From positions 2,016,001 through 2,080,000 of the forward strand of contig OZ250150.1 of the NCBI GenBank assembly GCA_965237675.1: a DNA stretch of 64,000 bases. The letters run 5' to 3'. Source of the stretch: Candidatus Latescibacterota bacterium (GTDB lineage: Bacteria; Latescibacterota; UBA2968; GCA-2709665). Position numbers and translations under genes: made by a program. This document shows positions 1-9,864 of the stretch, one piece after another (position 1 is the first letter of the stretch; the number at the start of each line of letters is the position of its first letter). The notes under the pieces were generated by a model. The model did not search any database. It saw only the letters and a program-made list of their open reading frames with translations, and was not told the DNA's origin.

Positions 1-104
1 GGTGGTTGCGGTTGACTTTCACCGTGTTCATTGGCATTTTAGCCATGGTCTATGCGCCAGGCAAACGAAATTGAGCGGATTTCTTCAACGGAAGGGGCAA
101 TTGA

Positions 105-971
105 ATGTCATTACCGGTTATTTTGCACGTGAATTACTGTGAACAGGGACAGTCGATCCCGGAGATGTGCCGGAAAGCGGTGGGCTGGGGGTACGAAGGG
201 ATCGAGTTCCGCCGGTACCGCCGGGGAGAAGACGAGACGCCAGAACAGTACCTGGATACGATCGCCGCGGCCGCGGAAGCATCGGGGCTGATGCACGTGC
301 TGTTCGGGGGCCCCGGCGTGGAGCTGACGGGGGAGGATTCCGCCGGTCGCGCGGCGCAGGTGGAGGAAGGGGTTCGGTTCTACCGCCTCGCGAGCGAGCG
401 CTTGCAACTTTCGGTGTGCAATATAATGGCCGGAACACTTCGCAGTTCGGACCCGAACGCCGGATCCCGGCATCATATGCACGGGTCCGGAGCCGCGTCG
501 GCGTATCATTACGCATGGGCGGCCGAGGGGTTCAAGGAACTCGGTGCGGTGGCGGAAGAGATCGGATTCAAGCTGGCGTTCGAGATCCACATGGGCTATG
601 TGCACGACCTGCCGGCGCCCACGATGAAACTCCTGGATATGATCGGTTCGCCGTGCGTTGGGGCGAACCTGGACTACGGGAACATGGTGTACTTCCCGTC
701 CTGTCCGTCCATCGGAGAGACCGTTTCCACGCTGGGCGACAAGCTGTTCATGGTGCATCTGAAGAATTCAATGCCCGCGGGAGACGGGCGGAACGCCGTG
801 GGGTTGGGCGACGGGACTATCAACCACAGGGAGTACCTGCTGGCGCTGAAACACGGGGGATTCAGCGGTCCGCTATGTATTGAAGCCCCGAGGCCGGGCG
901 ACCGGGAGTGGTACGCGCAGCAGGACATCGCATATCTGAAAGGGGTGTTGAAGGATCTGGCGTGGGAGTAG
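105..971 (+). CDS. Sugar phosphate isomerase/epimerase (xylose isomerase-like TIM barrel)
   Basis: GYEGIEF N-terminus; metal-ligand motifs AFEIH, NLDYGN, VHLKN, CIEA; AAGGGG RBS. Confidence 0.85.
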   Translation: MSLPVILHVNYCEQGQSIPEMCRKAVGWGYEGIEFRRYRRGEDETPEQYLDTIAAAAEASGLMHVLFGGPGVELTGEDSAGRAAQVEEGVRFYRLASERLQLSVCNIMAGTLRSSDPNAGSRHHMHGSGAASAYHYAWAAEGFKELGAVAEEIGFKLAFEIHMGYVHDLPAPTMKLLDMIGSPCVGANLDYGNMVYFPSCPSIGETVSTLGDKLFMVHLKNSMPAGDGRNAVGLGDGTINHREYLLALKHGGFSGPLCIEAPRPGDREWYAQQDIAYLKGVLKDLAWE

Positions 972-1032
972 CGGCGGCGGCCGGCTCGGGGGTGCGGTCG
1001 ATCGGGGGAACGTCCCCTGCCCGTACGGCCGG

Positions 1033-1971
1033 TTACTTCAGGACCAGGCGTGAGGCGCCCAGGACGCCGGCGTCGTTGCCCAGTTCGGCCGGCAGTATCC
1101 GTGTGTGATCGAACATCCCGTCAAGGGTGTACTCCCGCGCTGCGGCGACGATCGGGTCGAGAAGAATATGACCCGCCGCGGAGATACCGCCGCCGATTGC
1201 GATCACGTCGGGGCTGACAACGTTGATAATATTGGCAATGGCGATCCCCAGATAGCGCGCGACGTGGGCGACGGTTTCGCAGGCGAGGCCGTCGCCATTT
1301 TCGGCGGCCCTGCAGATGGATTCCGGAGAGAGGGTGCGGGTGAGAGATGAGGACGGCGCTTCCGAAAGGCGGCCGCGAACGTAACGGACCATCGCGGGGC
1401 CGGCGGTGAGGGCTTCCAGGCATCCCTTTTTGCCGCATCCGCAGACAGGGCCGTCCGGGTCCATACACATGTGCCCGATTTCACCCGCGGCGAAAGAGGC
1501 GCCATGGTGAATGCCGCCGTTCAAAACCAGCCCGCCACCAATGCCCGTGCCCAGGGTGATGAGGAAAAGGGACTCGCGGCCCTGGCCCGCCCCCAGGTGG
1601 GCTTCTCCCATTGCGGCAACGCTGGCGTCGTTGTCGATCTCAACGCGCAGTCTGATCCGATCCTCGAGGATCCGCTTAAACGGGACGTGGCGCCAGTGGA
1701 GGTTTGGGGCAATGATGACGTCGCCCTCCTCCGTGGTGACGCCTGGCACGCCGATACCGATGCCCGCAATGTCGCCCTTCAGCAGGCGGTTCCGGTCGCG
1801 GAGGGATTCGAAGAGTTCCGCGATCCGGTCCGCCACGCCGTGCTCACCGCTTTCCACGTCCGTAGGACAGCGGGCTTTGGCTTCGATGCGACCGTCGGCG
1901 GAAACGAGCGCGCCCTTGATGCTGCCGCCGCCCAGGTCGATGCCGACGGCGTACTGGGGATGGCCGGGCAT
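1033..1971 (-). CDS. ROK family sugar kinase (glucokinase-like)
   Basis: GIDLGG ATP motif, DNDA, TLGTGIGGG, GEIGH, CGCGKKGCLE zinc motif. Confidence 0.9.
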   Translation of the reverse strand: MPGHPQYAVGIDLGGGSIKGALVSADGRIEAKARCPTDVESGEHGVADRIAELFESLRDRNRLLKGDIAGIGIGVPGVTTEEGDVIIAPNLHWRHVPFKRILEDRIRLRVEIDNDASVAAMGEAHLGAGQGRESLFLITLGTGIGGGLVLNGGIHHGASFAAGEIGHMCMDPDGPVCGCGKKGCLEALTAGPAMVRYVRGRLSEAPSSSLTRTLSPESICRAAENGDGLACETVAHVARYLGIAIANIINVVSPDVIAIGGGISAAGHILLDPIVAAAREYTLDGMFDHTRILPAELGNDAGVLGASRLVLK

Positions 1972-2079
1972 TGCAAATCCTTCCGGTTGGCTTTGGAAAA
2001 TCGCATGTCAACCCTGTCTGAATTCGAATGAGCGATTGACGCCGGTCGTCAACGCCCATGGCCGGATCGGGAACGCGGA

Positions 2080-2400
2080 TCAGGCGTTCTCGGCGATCCA
2101 ATTCAGATAAGGCGGATACCCCTGGTGGATGGGAAGAGCAATGATCTCAGGCACGTCGTAACTGTGTAACTCGTTCGCCCGGGCGATGAGAGCGTCGAGG
2201 CTGGCCTGTGACGTCTTGAGGATCATGAGAAATTCGGCCTCGTCTTCAATGGCGTCCTGCCAGCGGTAAATGGATCGGATCTGTCCGGTGATGTTGGCGC
2301 ACGCGGCCAGGCGTTCTTCAACCAGGACGCGGCCGATTCCCGCGGCTTCGGCTTCGCTCGGGGCGGTGATGAACACGACGTAATTCCGGACTTCGCGCAT
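2080..2400 (-). CDS. cutA: Divalent-cation tolerance protein CutA
   Basis: LVEERLAACANI, SIYRWQ, LHSYDVPEIIALP; start trimmed to ATG at 2400 (106 aa). Confidence 0.92.
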   Translation of the reverse strand: MREVRNYVVFITAPSEAEAAGIGRVLVEERLAACANITGQIRSIYRWQDAIEDEAEFLMILKTSQASLDALIARANELHSYDVPEIIALPIHQGYPPYLNWIAENA

Positions 2401-2638
2401 AGAAGACACTCCCGAAAGTGGAGACTCATGCAATGGGGTCGTGCGACACGGCGTGCCCACGGCGGCCCCAGATCCGCGTTCGGGCCGCGCGCGCCGCGGG
2501 GGAATCCGGCGGTATCTCGCACCGCTGAAGATATGTAGAAGGGTGGGGAAGGTCAAGCCGAGAATGGGTCTGAATTGACGACGGGACCGCCAACTCCAAG
2601 GACGAAGTACGGCGCGATTTAGAGGTTCACGAGGCGAC

Positions 2639-3718
2639 ATGGATACGGAACGATCTGACTGGCGGCCCGGGTGCGCCGGGGAGGTGCTGGAGCGCCACGT
2701 TCAGGAGAGAAGCACGCCTGGCGCGGTGGGTCTTTTGGTGCGGGGCGCGGGCGGGGCCGCCTGCTGGGTGGCGGGACGGCACACATACGATCCGGATGCT
2801 CCAGGGGTCAGGGAGGATGACCTCTACGACCTTGCGTCGTTGACGAAGGTGGTTGTAACAACTTCGATTTGCATGGCGCTCGAACCCGGCCTGGATCTGG
2901 ATGGGCGGGTCGGTGACTACGTGCCGGCGTTCGTTGGGGAAGGTCGGGACGGGGTGACGATCAGACATCTCCTGGCGCACTGCGCGGGATTGCCGGCGCA
3001 CCAGCGTTTTTTCGAGGCCTGCCAGGGCAAGGAGGCGGTACTCGCGGCCGCATGCAGGACACCGCTTGCCTACAAGCCGGGCACGAATACGATATATAGC
3101 GATCTGAGCTTTCTGTTGCTGGGGGCGGCCGTCGAACGCGTGGGCGGAGCGCCGCTTGTGGAACTGGCTCAGCGATACGTCTTCGGTCCGTTGGGGATGG
3201 CGGATACGACGTATCTGCCCGGGCGCGAGTTACTGGACCGGATTCCCCCATCGGAGTTTCAGGCCGAGCAACGCAGGGGACTGATTCACGGGCAGGTACA
3301 CGATGGAAATGCCTGGGCGATGGGCGGCGTGGCGCCACATGCGGGCCTCTTCGGGACGGCGGCGGACCTGGGTCATTTTTTAAGGGTGATCCTGAACGGA
3401 GGAAAACATGGCGGAACCCGGGTGTTTTCCGAAACTGCCATCCGCCGATTTACGTCGCGGGCCGGATTGGCGCCCGGCAGTACCCGCGCACTGGGATGGG
3501 ACACGGTATCGAAGGCGGGAAGTTCGGCGGGCCGGCACTTTTCGGCCCTATCGTTCGGACACACCGGATTTACAGGCACCTCCATGTGGGCGGATCCCGA
3601 TCGGGATGTCGGTGTGGTTCTCCTGACGAACCGGGTGCATCCCACCCGGGAGAATCAGGGGATTCGGAGGTTGCGGCCGGAGTTTCACGATGCAGTGATG
3701 GAAGCGGTCATCCCTTGA
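2639..3718 (+). CDS. Serine hydrolase, beta-lactamase-like (class C/AmpC superfamily)
   Basis: YDLASLTK (SxxK), IRHLLAH, YSD, FGHTGFTG, LLTNR; GAGG RBS. Confidence 0.88.
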   Translation: MDTERSDWRPGCAGEVLERHVQERSTPGAVGLLVRGAGGAACWVAGRHTYDPDAPGVREDDLYDLASLTKVVVTTSICMALEPGLDLDGRVGDYVPAFVGEGRDGVTIRHLLAHCAGLPAHQRFFEACQGKEAVLAAACRTPLAYKPGTNTIYSDLSFLLLGAAVERVGGAPLVELAQRYVFGPLGMADTTYLPGRELLDRIPPSEFQAEQRRGLIHGQVHDGNAWAMGGVAPHAGLFGTAADLGHFLRVILNGGKHGGTRVFSETAIRRFTSRAGLAPGSTRALGWDTVSKAGSSAGRHFSALSFGHTGFTGTSMWADPDRDVGVVLLTNRVHPTRENQGIRRLRPEFHDAVMEAVIP

Positions 3719-3763
3719 CCGCAGGGGGTTCGAACCGGAAGACCGCGACCCGGAAGCGGCCGG

Positions 3764-5317
3764 TTAGCGCAGCCAATTCTTCAGGAATTCCAGGTCCAAT
3801 TCCGGGTAGGCCGGATACCGGTGGAGCAGATCGACCACCTCGGCACGGGCTTCTTCGAGGGCCTCCGGCCGGGTCCGGAAGCGCGCCTTGCTGAATCTTC
3901 CGGCGTGCCTGCCTTTCTTGATCCGGACGGGCCGTGTGTTGAAAAGCACAAGGCGCAGTGAGGCGGCGATTTTCCGCATTTCTTCCACACCCATGCCCAG
4001 CGTGGTGAGGGCGGGCGTGCCGAGCCGGAGGCCGCTGGTATACCAGGCTCCGTTCGTATCGAAGGGAAGGGCGTTTCGGTTCAGGGTGATTCGGGCGTTT
4101 CGCAGGGCGGATTCCGCCTGTCTGCCGGTGAGATCCAATGGCGTCACGTCGATGAGCAGCAGGTGGTTGTCGGTGCCGCCGCTGAGTACGGCAAGCCCCT
4201 CTTTGACGCAGGCTTCGGCCAGGGCCGTGGCGTTTTGCACGATGCGGCGGGCGTAGGTTCTGAATTCACCCGCACCGGCCTCCTGTAAGGCGACGGCTTT
4301 GGCCGCAATGACGTGGGGCAGAGGACCGCCCAGCACCATTGGACAGCCTCTGTCTACGTGTTCCGCAAATTCCGCCTTGCAGAGGACCATGCCGCCTCGC
4401 GGCCCCCGGAGGGTCTTGTGGGTCGTGGTGGTCACAACGTCGGCGTAGGGCAAGGGATCGTAGTCGCCCGTGAAGACTTTGCCCGCCACCAGACCGGCAA
4501 AGTGCGCCATGTCAACCATGAGAACGGCGCCGATCTCGTCGGCGATTTCCTTGAATATGCGGAAGTTGATTTTCCGGGTGTACGCGCTGTACCCGGCCAG
4601 GAGAATTAGGGGTTTGAACGCTTTCGCCTGGCTGCGGACCCGGTCGTAATCGATCAGTTTGGTCTCGGGGTCGACACTGTAGGATTCGGCGTGGAACATT
4701 CTGGCGGATACGTTGTGCCGGTACCCGTGGGTGAGGTGGCCGCCGGAATAGTAATCGAGACCGAGCAATTTCTGGTTTCCCAGGGCGGTTCTGAGTTCCC
4801 GCCAGTCGGAGTCGGAAAGGCCCGCGAGATCGGACTGTCCGGTCTGTTCCATGAACGGCGCCTGAATACGAGCGGAAAGGATGGCCCAGAAAGCCACGAG
4901 GTTGGCGTCAGCCCCCGAGTGGGGCTGTACGTACGCGTGTTCCGCCCCGAAGAGGTCGCGGGCGAGTGAAGCGGCATGTTTTTCGACGTCGTCGACGTTG
5001 TCGCAGCCGGCGTAGAAGCGGCGGTCGGGCACGCCTTCGGCATACTTGTCCGTGAAGAGATTGCCCTGTGCAAGCTGGACGGCCAGCGAGCAATAGTTCT
5101 CGCTCGCGATCATCTTCAGGTTGCCTCGCTGGTCCTCCAGTTCGGCAACGATGGTTGCGGCCACTCGCGGCGAAGTTGCGTGAATCTGTTGGAGTGACGC
5201 GAGATAGGCTACGAAACCGGGATCTACGGAATGGCCGAGGGCGGCGGATTCGGAGAGATACCGGGCAAGTGGAGATGCCGGGGTCGTTACATCGACAGGT
5301 GGTGATGCCTGAACCAT
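3764..5317 (-). CDS. glyA: Serine hydroxymethyltransferase (long variant)
   Basis: [39 protein letters not shown] (PLP lysine), SGGTDNHL; GGGAGA RBS before ATG 5317. Confidence 0.96.
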   Translation of the reverse strand: MVQASPPVDVTTPASPLARYLSESAALGHSVDPGFVAYLASLQQIHATSPRVAATIVAELEDQRGNLKMIASENYCSLAVQLAQGNLFTDKYAEGVPDRRFYAGCDNVDDVEKHAASLARDLFGAEHAYVQPHSGADANLVAFWAILSARIQAPFMEQTGQSDLAGLSDSDWRELRTALGNQKLLGLDYYSGGHLTHGYRHNVSARMFHAESYSVDPETKLIDYDRVRSQAKAFKPLILLAGYSAYTRKINFRIFKEIADEIGAVLMVDMAHFAGLVAGKVFTGDYDPLPYADVVTTTTHKTLRGPRGGMVLCKAEFAEHVDRGCPMVLGGPLPHVIAAKAVALQEAGAGEFRTYARRIVQNATALAEACVKEGLAVLSGGTDNHLLLIDVTPLDLTGRQAESALRNARITLNRNALPFDTNGAWYTSGLRLGTPALTTLGMGVEEMRKIAASLRLVLFNTRPVRIKKGRHAGRFSKARFRTRPEALEEARAEVVDLLHRYPAYPELDLEFLKNWLR

Positions 5318-5427
5318 TCTGTTTCTCCCAGACACATTGAAAGGACGCGGGTACGTAGATTGGCGAGGTCCGAATCCGGGAGATTCGTACCCCGCTCACG
5401 GAACGAGGAGAAGAGACCGGACAGACG

Positions 5428-5463
5428 AAAACCCGGGCCGGATAACGATGAAACGAGCCCGGG
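5428..5463 (-). terminator. Intrinsic terminator-like hairpin in glyA 5' leader
   Basis: Minus strand CCCGGGC(T)CG-13 nt-CGGCCCGGG followed by TTTT. Confidence 0.55.
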
Positions 5464-5558
5464 CGATTGACCGTGTGTCGGAATCTGGGTTCGCCGGTGA
5501 ACGATGGTTCGCGGTGCCGTGTTATGCCTTCCTGAAGAATCCATCCACCGCGAACACC

Positions 5559-5587
5559 AATATATCGGACTTCCCCGGTGCGGTCAA
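5559..5587 (-). promoter_or_regulatory. Putative sigma-70 promoter for glyA
   Basis: TTGACC-N17-TATATT on minus strand. Confidence 0.6.
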
Positions 5588-5789
5588 CATTTTTCTGGCC
5601 ATATTTCGGGCGAGAGACCGGCCCCCGGTATTCCGTCATATCGCTCAGGATTCCGGAAGCCGCCGAATCCACTCCGGAATTTTCCACTTGCCATCACGGT
5701 TCGGCCGGACTATATTTGCATTTTAATGGAAATCCCCACAATTCGATCTCAATTTTTCCGATACTCCGGCGTTCCGGATGTTGGTTCTT

Positions 5790-5815
5790 CGCTCCCCTGA
5801 AGGGGGAGCTTTTTT
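5790..5815 (+). terminator. Terminator hairpin upstream of pyrB (candidate attenuator)
   Basis: GCTCCCC-TGAA-GGGGAGC followed by TTTTTT. Confidence 0.7.
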
Positions 5816-5822
5816 GTTGTGA

Positions 5823-6007
5823 GAAGCTGTTTTAAAAATCCCGGTGAGTTCCCGAGCGCGAGCGAAAAGGTGTCGGTCCAGGCGGGCGAAGCCGACTGTG
5901 AGAGGCGAGCGAGCGCAGCCTCGACCTCGAAGGACGGGTGGATTTGACCAACGCCGGCGACGCCTTTGCAGCCGCGCGAAGACCGCTGGGGGTTTTAATA
6001 CAGCTTC
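5823..6007. mobile_element. 185-bp MITE, IS5/IS1031-like ends
   Basis: Terminal inverted repeats GAAGCTGTTTTAAAAATCCC / GAAGCTGTATTAAAACCCCC (17/20), flanked by TGA direct repeats at 5820-5822 and 6008-6010; no ORF. Confidence 0.72.
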
Positions 6008-6023
6008 TGAGGGAGGATACTCG

Positions 6024-6950
6024 ATGGACAGCCTGTTCCACGTGGTCGAGGCGCAGCAGTTCAACCGGGAATTGCTAACGGAAATTTTCGCGGTGACCAA
6101 GGAGATGGAGGAGGTTGTAAGCCTCTACGGGTCCAGTATACTGAACCGCCGGATCATGGCCACGCTGTTTTACGAACCCAGTACCCGCACCCGGCTTTCT
6201 TTCGAGTCGGCCATGATCCGTCTGGGGGGGAGCGTGGTCACGACGGAGTCGGCACGGGAGTTTTCCTCGGCTGCGAAGGGCGAGACCCTCGAGGACACCA
6301 TTCGAATTGTGGAGGGATACGCGGATGTGATCGTGCTCAGGCACTACGAGGGAGGATCCGCGCGGCGGGCGGCGGATGTGGCGTCAGTACCGATTCTGAA
6401 CGCCGGCGACGGCCCGGGCCAGCATCCTACGCAGGCGCTGCTGGACGTCTATACCATCCAAAAGGAGATCGGTCGGCTGGACGGGATTTCGGTGGCTATG
6501 GTGGGTGACCTCGCCAACGGCCGCACGGTGCGTTCGCTGGCCTATCTGCTCACCCGGTACGAAGACGTCAAGCTGTATTTCGTGGCGCCCGAGATGGTGC
6601 GCATGAAGGCCGATATCAAGGAATACCTGCTCCGGAACCGGGTGTACTTCGAGGAACGGGACGACCTGATCGAGGTTGTGCGCCAGGTTGACGTGGTCTA
6701 TCAGACACGGATCCAGAGGGAGCGGTTCGGCGACCGCACGCGCGACTACGAAGCGGCGCGGGGGAAATACATCATCGATACAAAGGTAATGGAGGCGCTT
6801 TCCGATAACGGCCGCGTGATGCACCCCCTGCCGCGCGTGGACGAGATCGACCCCGCGGTGGACACGGATCCCCGGGCGGCGTATTTCCGGCAGGCGCACA
6901 ACGGGCTGTACATTCGGATGGCGTTGCTGAAGATGGTGCTGGCCGCGTGA
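6024..6950 (+). CDS. pyrB: Aspartate carbamoyltransferase catalytic subunit
   Basis: FYEPSTRTRLSFE, KGETLEDT, HPTQALLD, MHPLPR; GGGAGG RBS before ATG 6024. Confidence 0.97.
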   Translation: MDSLFHVVEAQQFNRELLTEIFAVTKEMEEVVSLYGSSILNRRIMATLFYEPSTRTRLSFESAMIRLGGSVVTTESAREFSSAAKGETLEDTIRIVEGYADVIVLRHYEGGSARRAADVASVPILNAGDGPGQHPTQALLDVYTIQKEIGRLDGISVAMVGDLANGRTVRSLAYLLTRYEDVKLYFVAPEMVRMKADIKEYLLRNRVYFEERDDLIEVVRQVDVVYQTRIQRERFGDRTRDYEAARGKYIIDTKVMEALSDNGRVMHPLPRVDEIDPAVDTDPRAAYFRQAHNGLYIRMALLKMVLAA

Positions 6951-7200
6951 TCGTTCGTTGAAGGCTGAAACGATAGGACAAGGTGCACAGATTCACTCTC
7001 TGTTGGCCCAAACTGTTCCTGTAGCCTACCCGCGCCGTCTACGTTTGCCTGCCGTTTTGAATCCACGTCTTAAGAAAACCCGTTGCAGGTCGGCATCAGA
7101 TCCGATATATTCAATCATACTGCGGGCGCGAGAGTGACAATGATTGATTTGGTCATCTATGGGCACGATGGATCGAAGTGCGATGAAAGAAGAGTTCGCG

Positions 7201-7482
7201 ATGCCGAACGCCCAGCAAGTTGATCGCACAGCGTTGTGGGAGCGAATCAAACTGGCTCTGGCAGACGAATGTTGGGCTTTCAGGACTGTCGAGGGAATTG
7301 CGGACGAGATAGGCGTTAACCCCGACGTCGTAACGGAACAGCTTGATTTGCACGATTCGGAAGTGCGAACATCTATCGATTGGAGAACAAGACCCCGCAG
7401 AATATTGTACACGACGAGATCGCGGCGGATGTCATTCCGGGAACTTGCTGCTGACGCGCAGGAATTCGCACGGAGATGGTAG
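7201..7482 (+). CDS. Small hypothetical protein, possible winged-helix
   Basis: ORF with HTH-like segment RTVEGIADEIGVNPDVVTEQL; overlaps next gene; start uncertain (7183 or 7201). Confidence 0.5.
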   Translation: MPNAQQVDRTALWERIKLALADECWAFRTVEGIADEIGVNPDVVTEQLDLHDSEVRTSIDWRTRPRRILYTTRSRRMSFRELAADAQEFARRW

Positions 7483-7781
7483 ACGAATGTATCGAATCGT
7501 TCGTTTGGGGATGCGTTGGTGGAATACTTGCTGAGTTTTTGAAGTGGTACCGGATCCGGGAGACGCTGCATAAGGAAGCACCTGGCTACGCGAAGAGCAT
7601 GTTTTATTGGATACTGACGTTCGCAGGAATCATGATTGGTGGTGTCTGTGTTCTGGTTTACAAGAGATATGGAATCGAAATGAACATATTGCTTTCAATC
7701 CAGATTGGAGGTTCTTCCATGTTGTTATTGGATAAGTTGTTCGCCAGCACTCCGCGGATTGATAAGGGCGAAATAAAGTAA
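7476..7781 (+). CDS. Small hypothetical membrane protein (about 3 TM helices)
   Basis: Three hydrophobic segments; GGAG RBS; coupled to upstream ORF. Confidence 0.6.
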   Translation: MVDECIESFVWGCVGGILAEFLKWYRIRETLHKEAPGYAKSMFYWILTFAGIMIGGVCVLVYKRYGIEMNILLSIQIGGSSMLLLDKLFASTPRIDKGEIK

Positions 7782-8286
7782 TACAAGTATCCAATTTGGA
7801 CTTTTCTCCGTAGTCAATATACCAATCTTCTCGCGTTTAACGGACAGGGGCCTGTCGGCAAGAACGGCAAGCCCTTTTGCGTTCTGCGTACCCACGGATA
7901 ATTGGGATTATTCCTGGAATTTTGGCGACGAACTCTCGTCTTCCCATGTCAGGATATGGATCGAATCACAAATTTGCGCCGGATGAGTCTGGGGTCGCCG
8001 GCGGATTTGGAATCGATCCACGTCTCGAACAAAAGATGAAAGGCGGTGCACAATGGGCCCCGGGGCTCCGATACGCTGCCGGTTATGCGGCAGGATACTC
8101 GGCGTCATCCGCGGTTTCGAGGGCCGCGTTTTTACCCTCTGCCGCGCATGCGAAACGAAAAACAAAACGCGTAAAAAAGAGAAAAAGGGTGCCGGCAAAA
8201 ATACGGCCTGACGAGGTCGAAACGGTTCGAGATTGCGCCTGGAATAGCCGCCCGCACCGGCTCACACTGTCGAGAGGTCTCTTGAG

Positions 8287-9066
8287 ATGTGCCTGACACG
8301 CACGATAAAGCGGCTGCTTTTGACGGTTCTAGCGATTTGGATTGTGGTCGTGCCTGTTGGCGTTTCGTGTCAGGTTCAGAAAGCCCTGGAGGATTCGGCG
8401 GCAATGTCTTGGCTGACCAGCATGGTTGCGAAAGCTGTCTCTCAGGGAAAAGACTCCTTTTTGAAGGATGAATACCTTCGCAACAGCCTGCTATTGAGGG
8501 GGCAGAGGGCAATTGGCAAGAGAATGACTCAGATTGGCGCACGAGAGATCGCCGTAGAGCGGTTCTTTTGGACAGTTCAAGCTATGAGGAACCGATTTAT
8601 GAGGGAATCTCTGAGGAATTTTCGGTGGAACCTGATGATGACCGATCTCATTGTGATAGGGAGGGTGTTGTCGGTATCGAAGGAAGAAGAAATATGTGCC
8701 TATGGAACCCACGTAGACATCGAAGTTGCGAAATACTTGAAAGGTACGGGACCCGACACGATCCAGGTAAAGCTTATCAGAGGGAGGAAAATTACAGATA
8801 GATCTTATATTCTTTCTTCCGGCGAACCCCAATTTGCAGTCGGAGAAGAGATTCTTCTGCATTTGTCGGCAACCCCGATTGCCGGACACGACCAAGTAGC
8901 CGTAAATTCGATGCCGGGCTGCACGGGCTTTTTTTATTTGACAAATACCGGGGGCGATTACTACGAGGTTGCAGGGGTCGAAGACGCGAAGCGAGACATC
9001 GTTGACGGCAAGTTGAAATGGCGGGGAAGACGCGCACGCTGGAGGAAGTTGAGGCGAGCATTCTGA
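8287..9066 (+). CDS. Hypothetical exported protein
   Basis: N-terminal hydrophobic signal segment ending VGVSC; beta-rich C-terminal half (DLIVIGRV...GEEILLHL). Confidence 0.55.
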   Translation: MCLTRTIKRLLLTVLAIWIVVVPVGVSCQVQKALEDSAAMSWLTSMVAKAVSQGKDSFLKDEYLRNSLLLRGQRAIGKRMTQIGAREIAVERFFWTVQAMRNRFMRESLRNFRWNLMMTDLIVIGRVLSVSKEEEICAYGTHVDIEVAKYLKGTGPDTIQVKLIRGRKITDRSYILSSGEPQFAVGEEILLHLSATPIAGHDQVAVNSMPGCTGFFYLTNTGGDYYEVAGVEDAKRDIVDGKLKWRGRRARWRKLRRAF

Positions 9067-9101
9067 GGGATCTGAAAACCACATTTTGATTTGAAAATAC
9101 G

Positions 9102-9413
9102 ATGACGAGAAGGGGGTATACCATGTCGTTAAGCCGGATGGTCGGCAATCGGGAGGGAGTGTTGAACGTAGCGATCACCTTCCTGCTGATCGGCCTTATT
9201 TCCGGGCAAGTGTATGGTGGCGATACGGAGATTGGTCCAAATGATACATGGGAAATCAATCCCCCGTTTTGCGTCGTTAAATACGGGCTTCAGAATGATG
9301 CCAATCTGGACGGTTGCATATACCAGGCTGCGGCGGCCATGAACTTTCATTCCCAGTTCGAACTTCAGCAGGGTCCTCCCGATAATATTACGGTTATGAG
9401 GAAAAAAAACTAA
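9102..9413 (+). pseudogene. Probably truncated exported protein
   Basis: Signal-like VAITFLLIGLISGQVYG; ORF ends in an A8 run right at the start of the repeated element at 9415. Confidence 0.4.
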
Positions 9414-9414
9414 A

Positions 9415-9864
9415 CATCCACTTCTCCCCGAATTCCCTGCCTCCGGCGGGTTCCCTGGGAATACCGATCAGCAGTCAGCTAACACCGGTGAGCGATACGG
9501 ACGGAGGATGTCAATTGCCAATATTTGGGTTTTGTAGGGGGACCCCACGGGTCGCCGTCGTATTGATCAGGAACGATCAGCGACTGGTAAACAGCTAACC
9601 GCGTACGGCAATCAGCAAAAAGCGATACGACGCCAAACCGCGCGCCAGCTCTTCCCGGTCTGCCTCTCGCCCGCACGGTGGTAGGGGAGGGCTTTTTCGC
9701 GCTATTCCGTCCACCGACGTCGTATGGGGAGAGCTGAAAACGTTGCAGGGCACAGTCCTTGGTTTGCATTGTAGGAGTAGTTCGCGGAAAAGCAGCCCCG
9801 CGGCGTCTGAGCGGCGCCGTTCTTTTTGGTCCTTTTTCTTGGGCGTACAAGAAAAAGGACGTAA
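9415..9864 (+). repeat. Structured ~450-nt repeated element, copy A (triplex-ended)
   Basis: 9809-9864 is the exact reverse complement of 60687-60742; 9415-9448 matches reverse complement of about 61107-61140; shared internal stem. Confidence 0.8.

Noticed and set aside
5821-5920. PyrR-binding loop upstream of pyrB
   Set aside because: No ARUCCNGNGAGGYU match; the region is inside the MITE.
5844-6023. N-terminal extensions of PyrB (also SppA, CutA and the CDP-alcohol transferase) in the ORF track
   Set aside because: The extensions run through MITE or promoter DNA; RBS-supported internal ATGs match family starts.
8200-8255. Hammerhead-like core CTGACGA-GGTC-GAAAC
   Set aside because: Stem II would be 1 bp with a 2-nt loop, and no NUH site pairs correctly with stem III; better explained as part of an imperfect hairpin.
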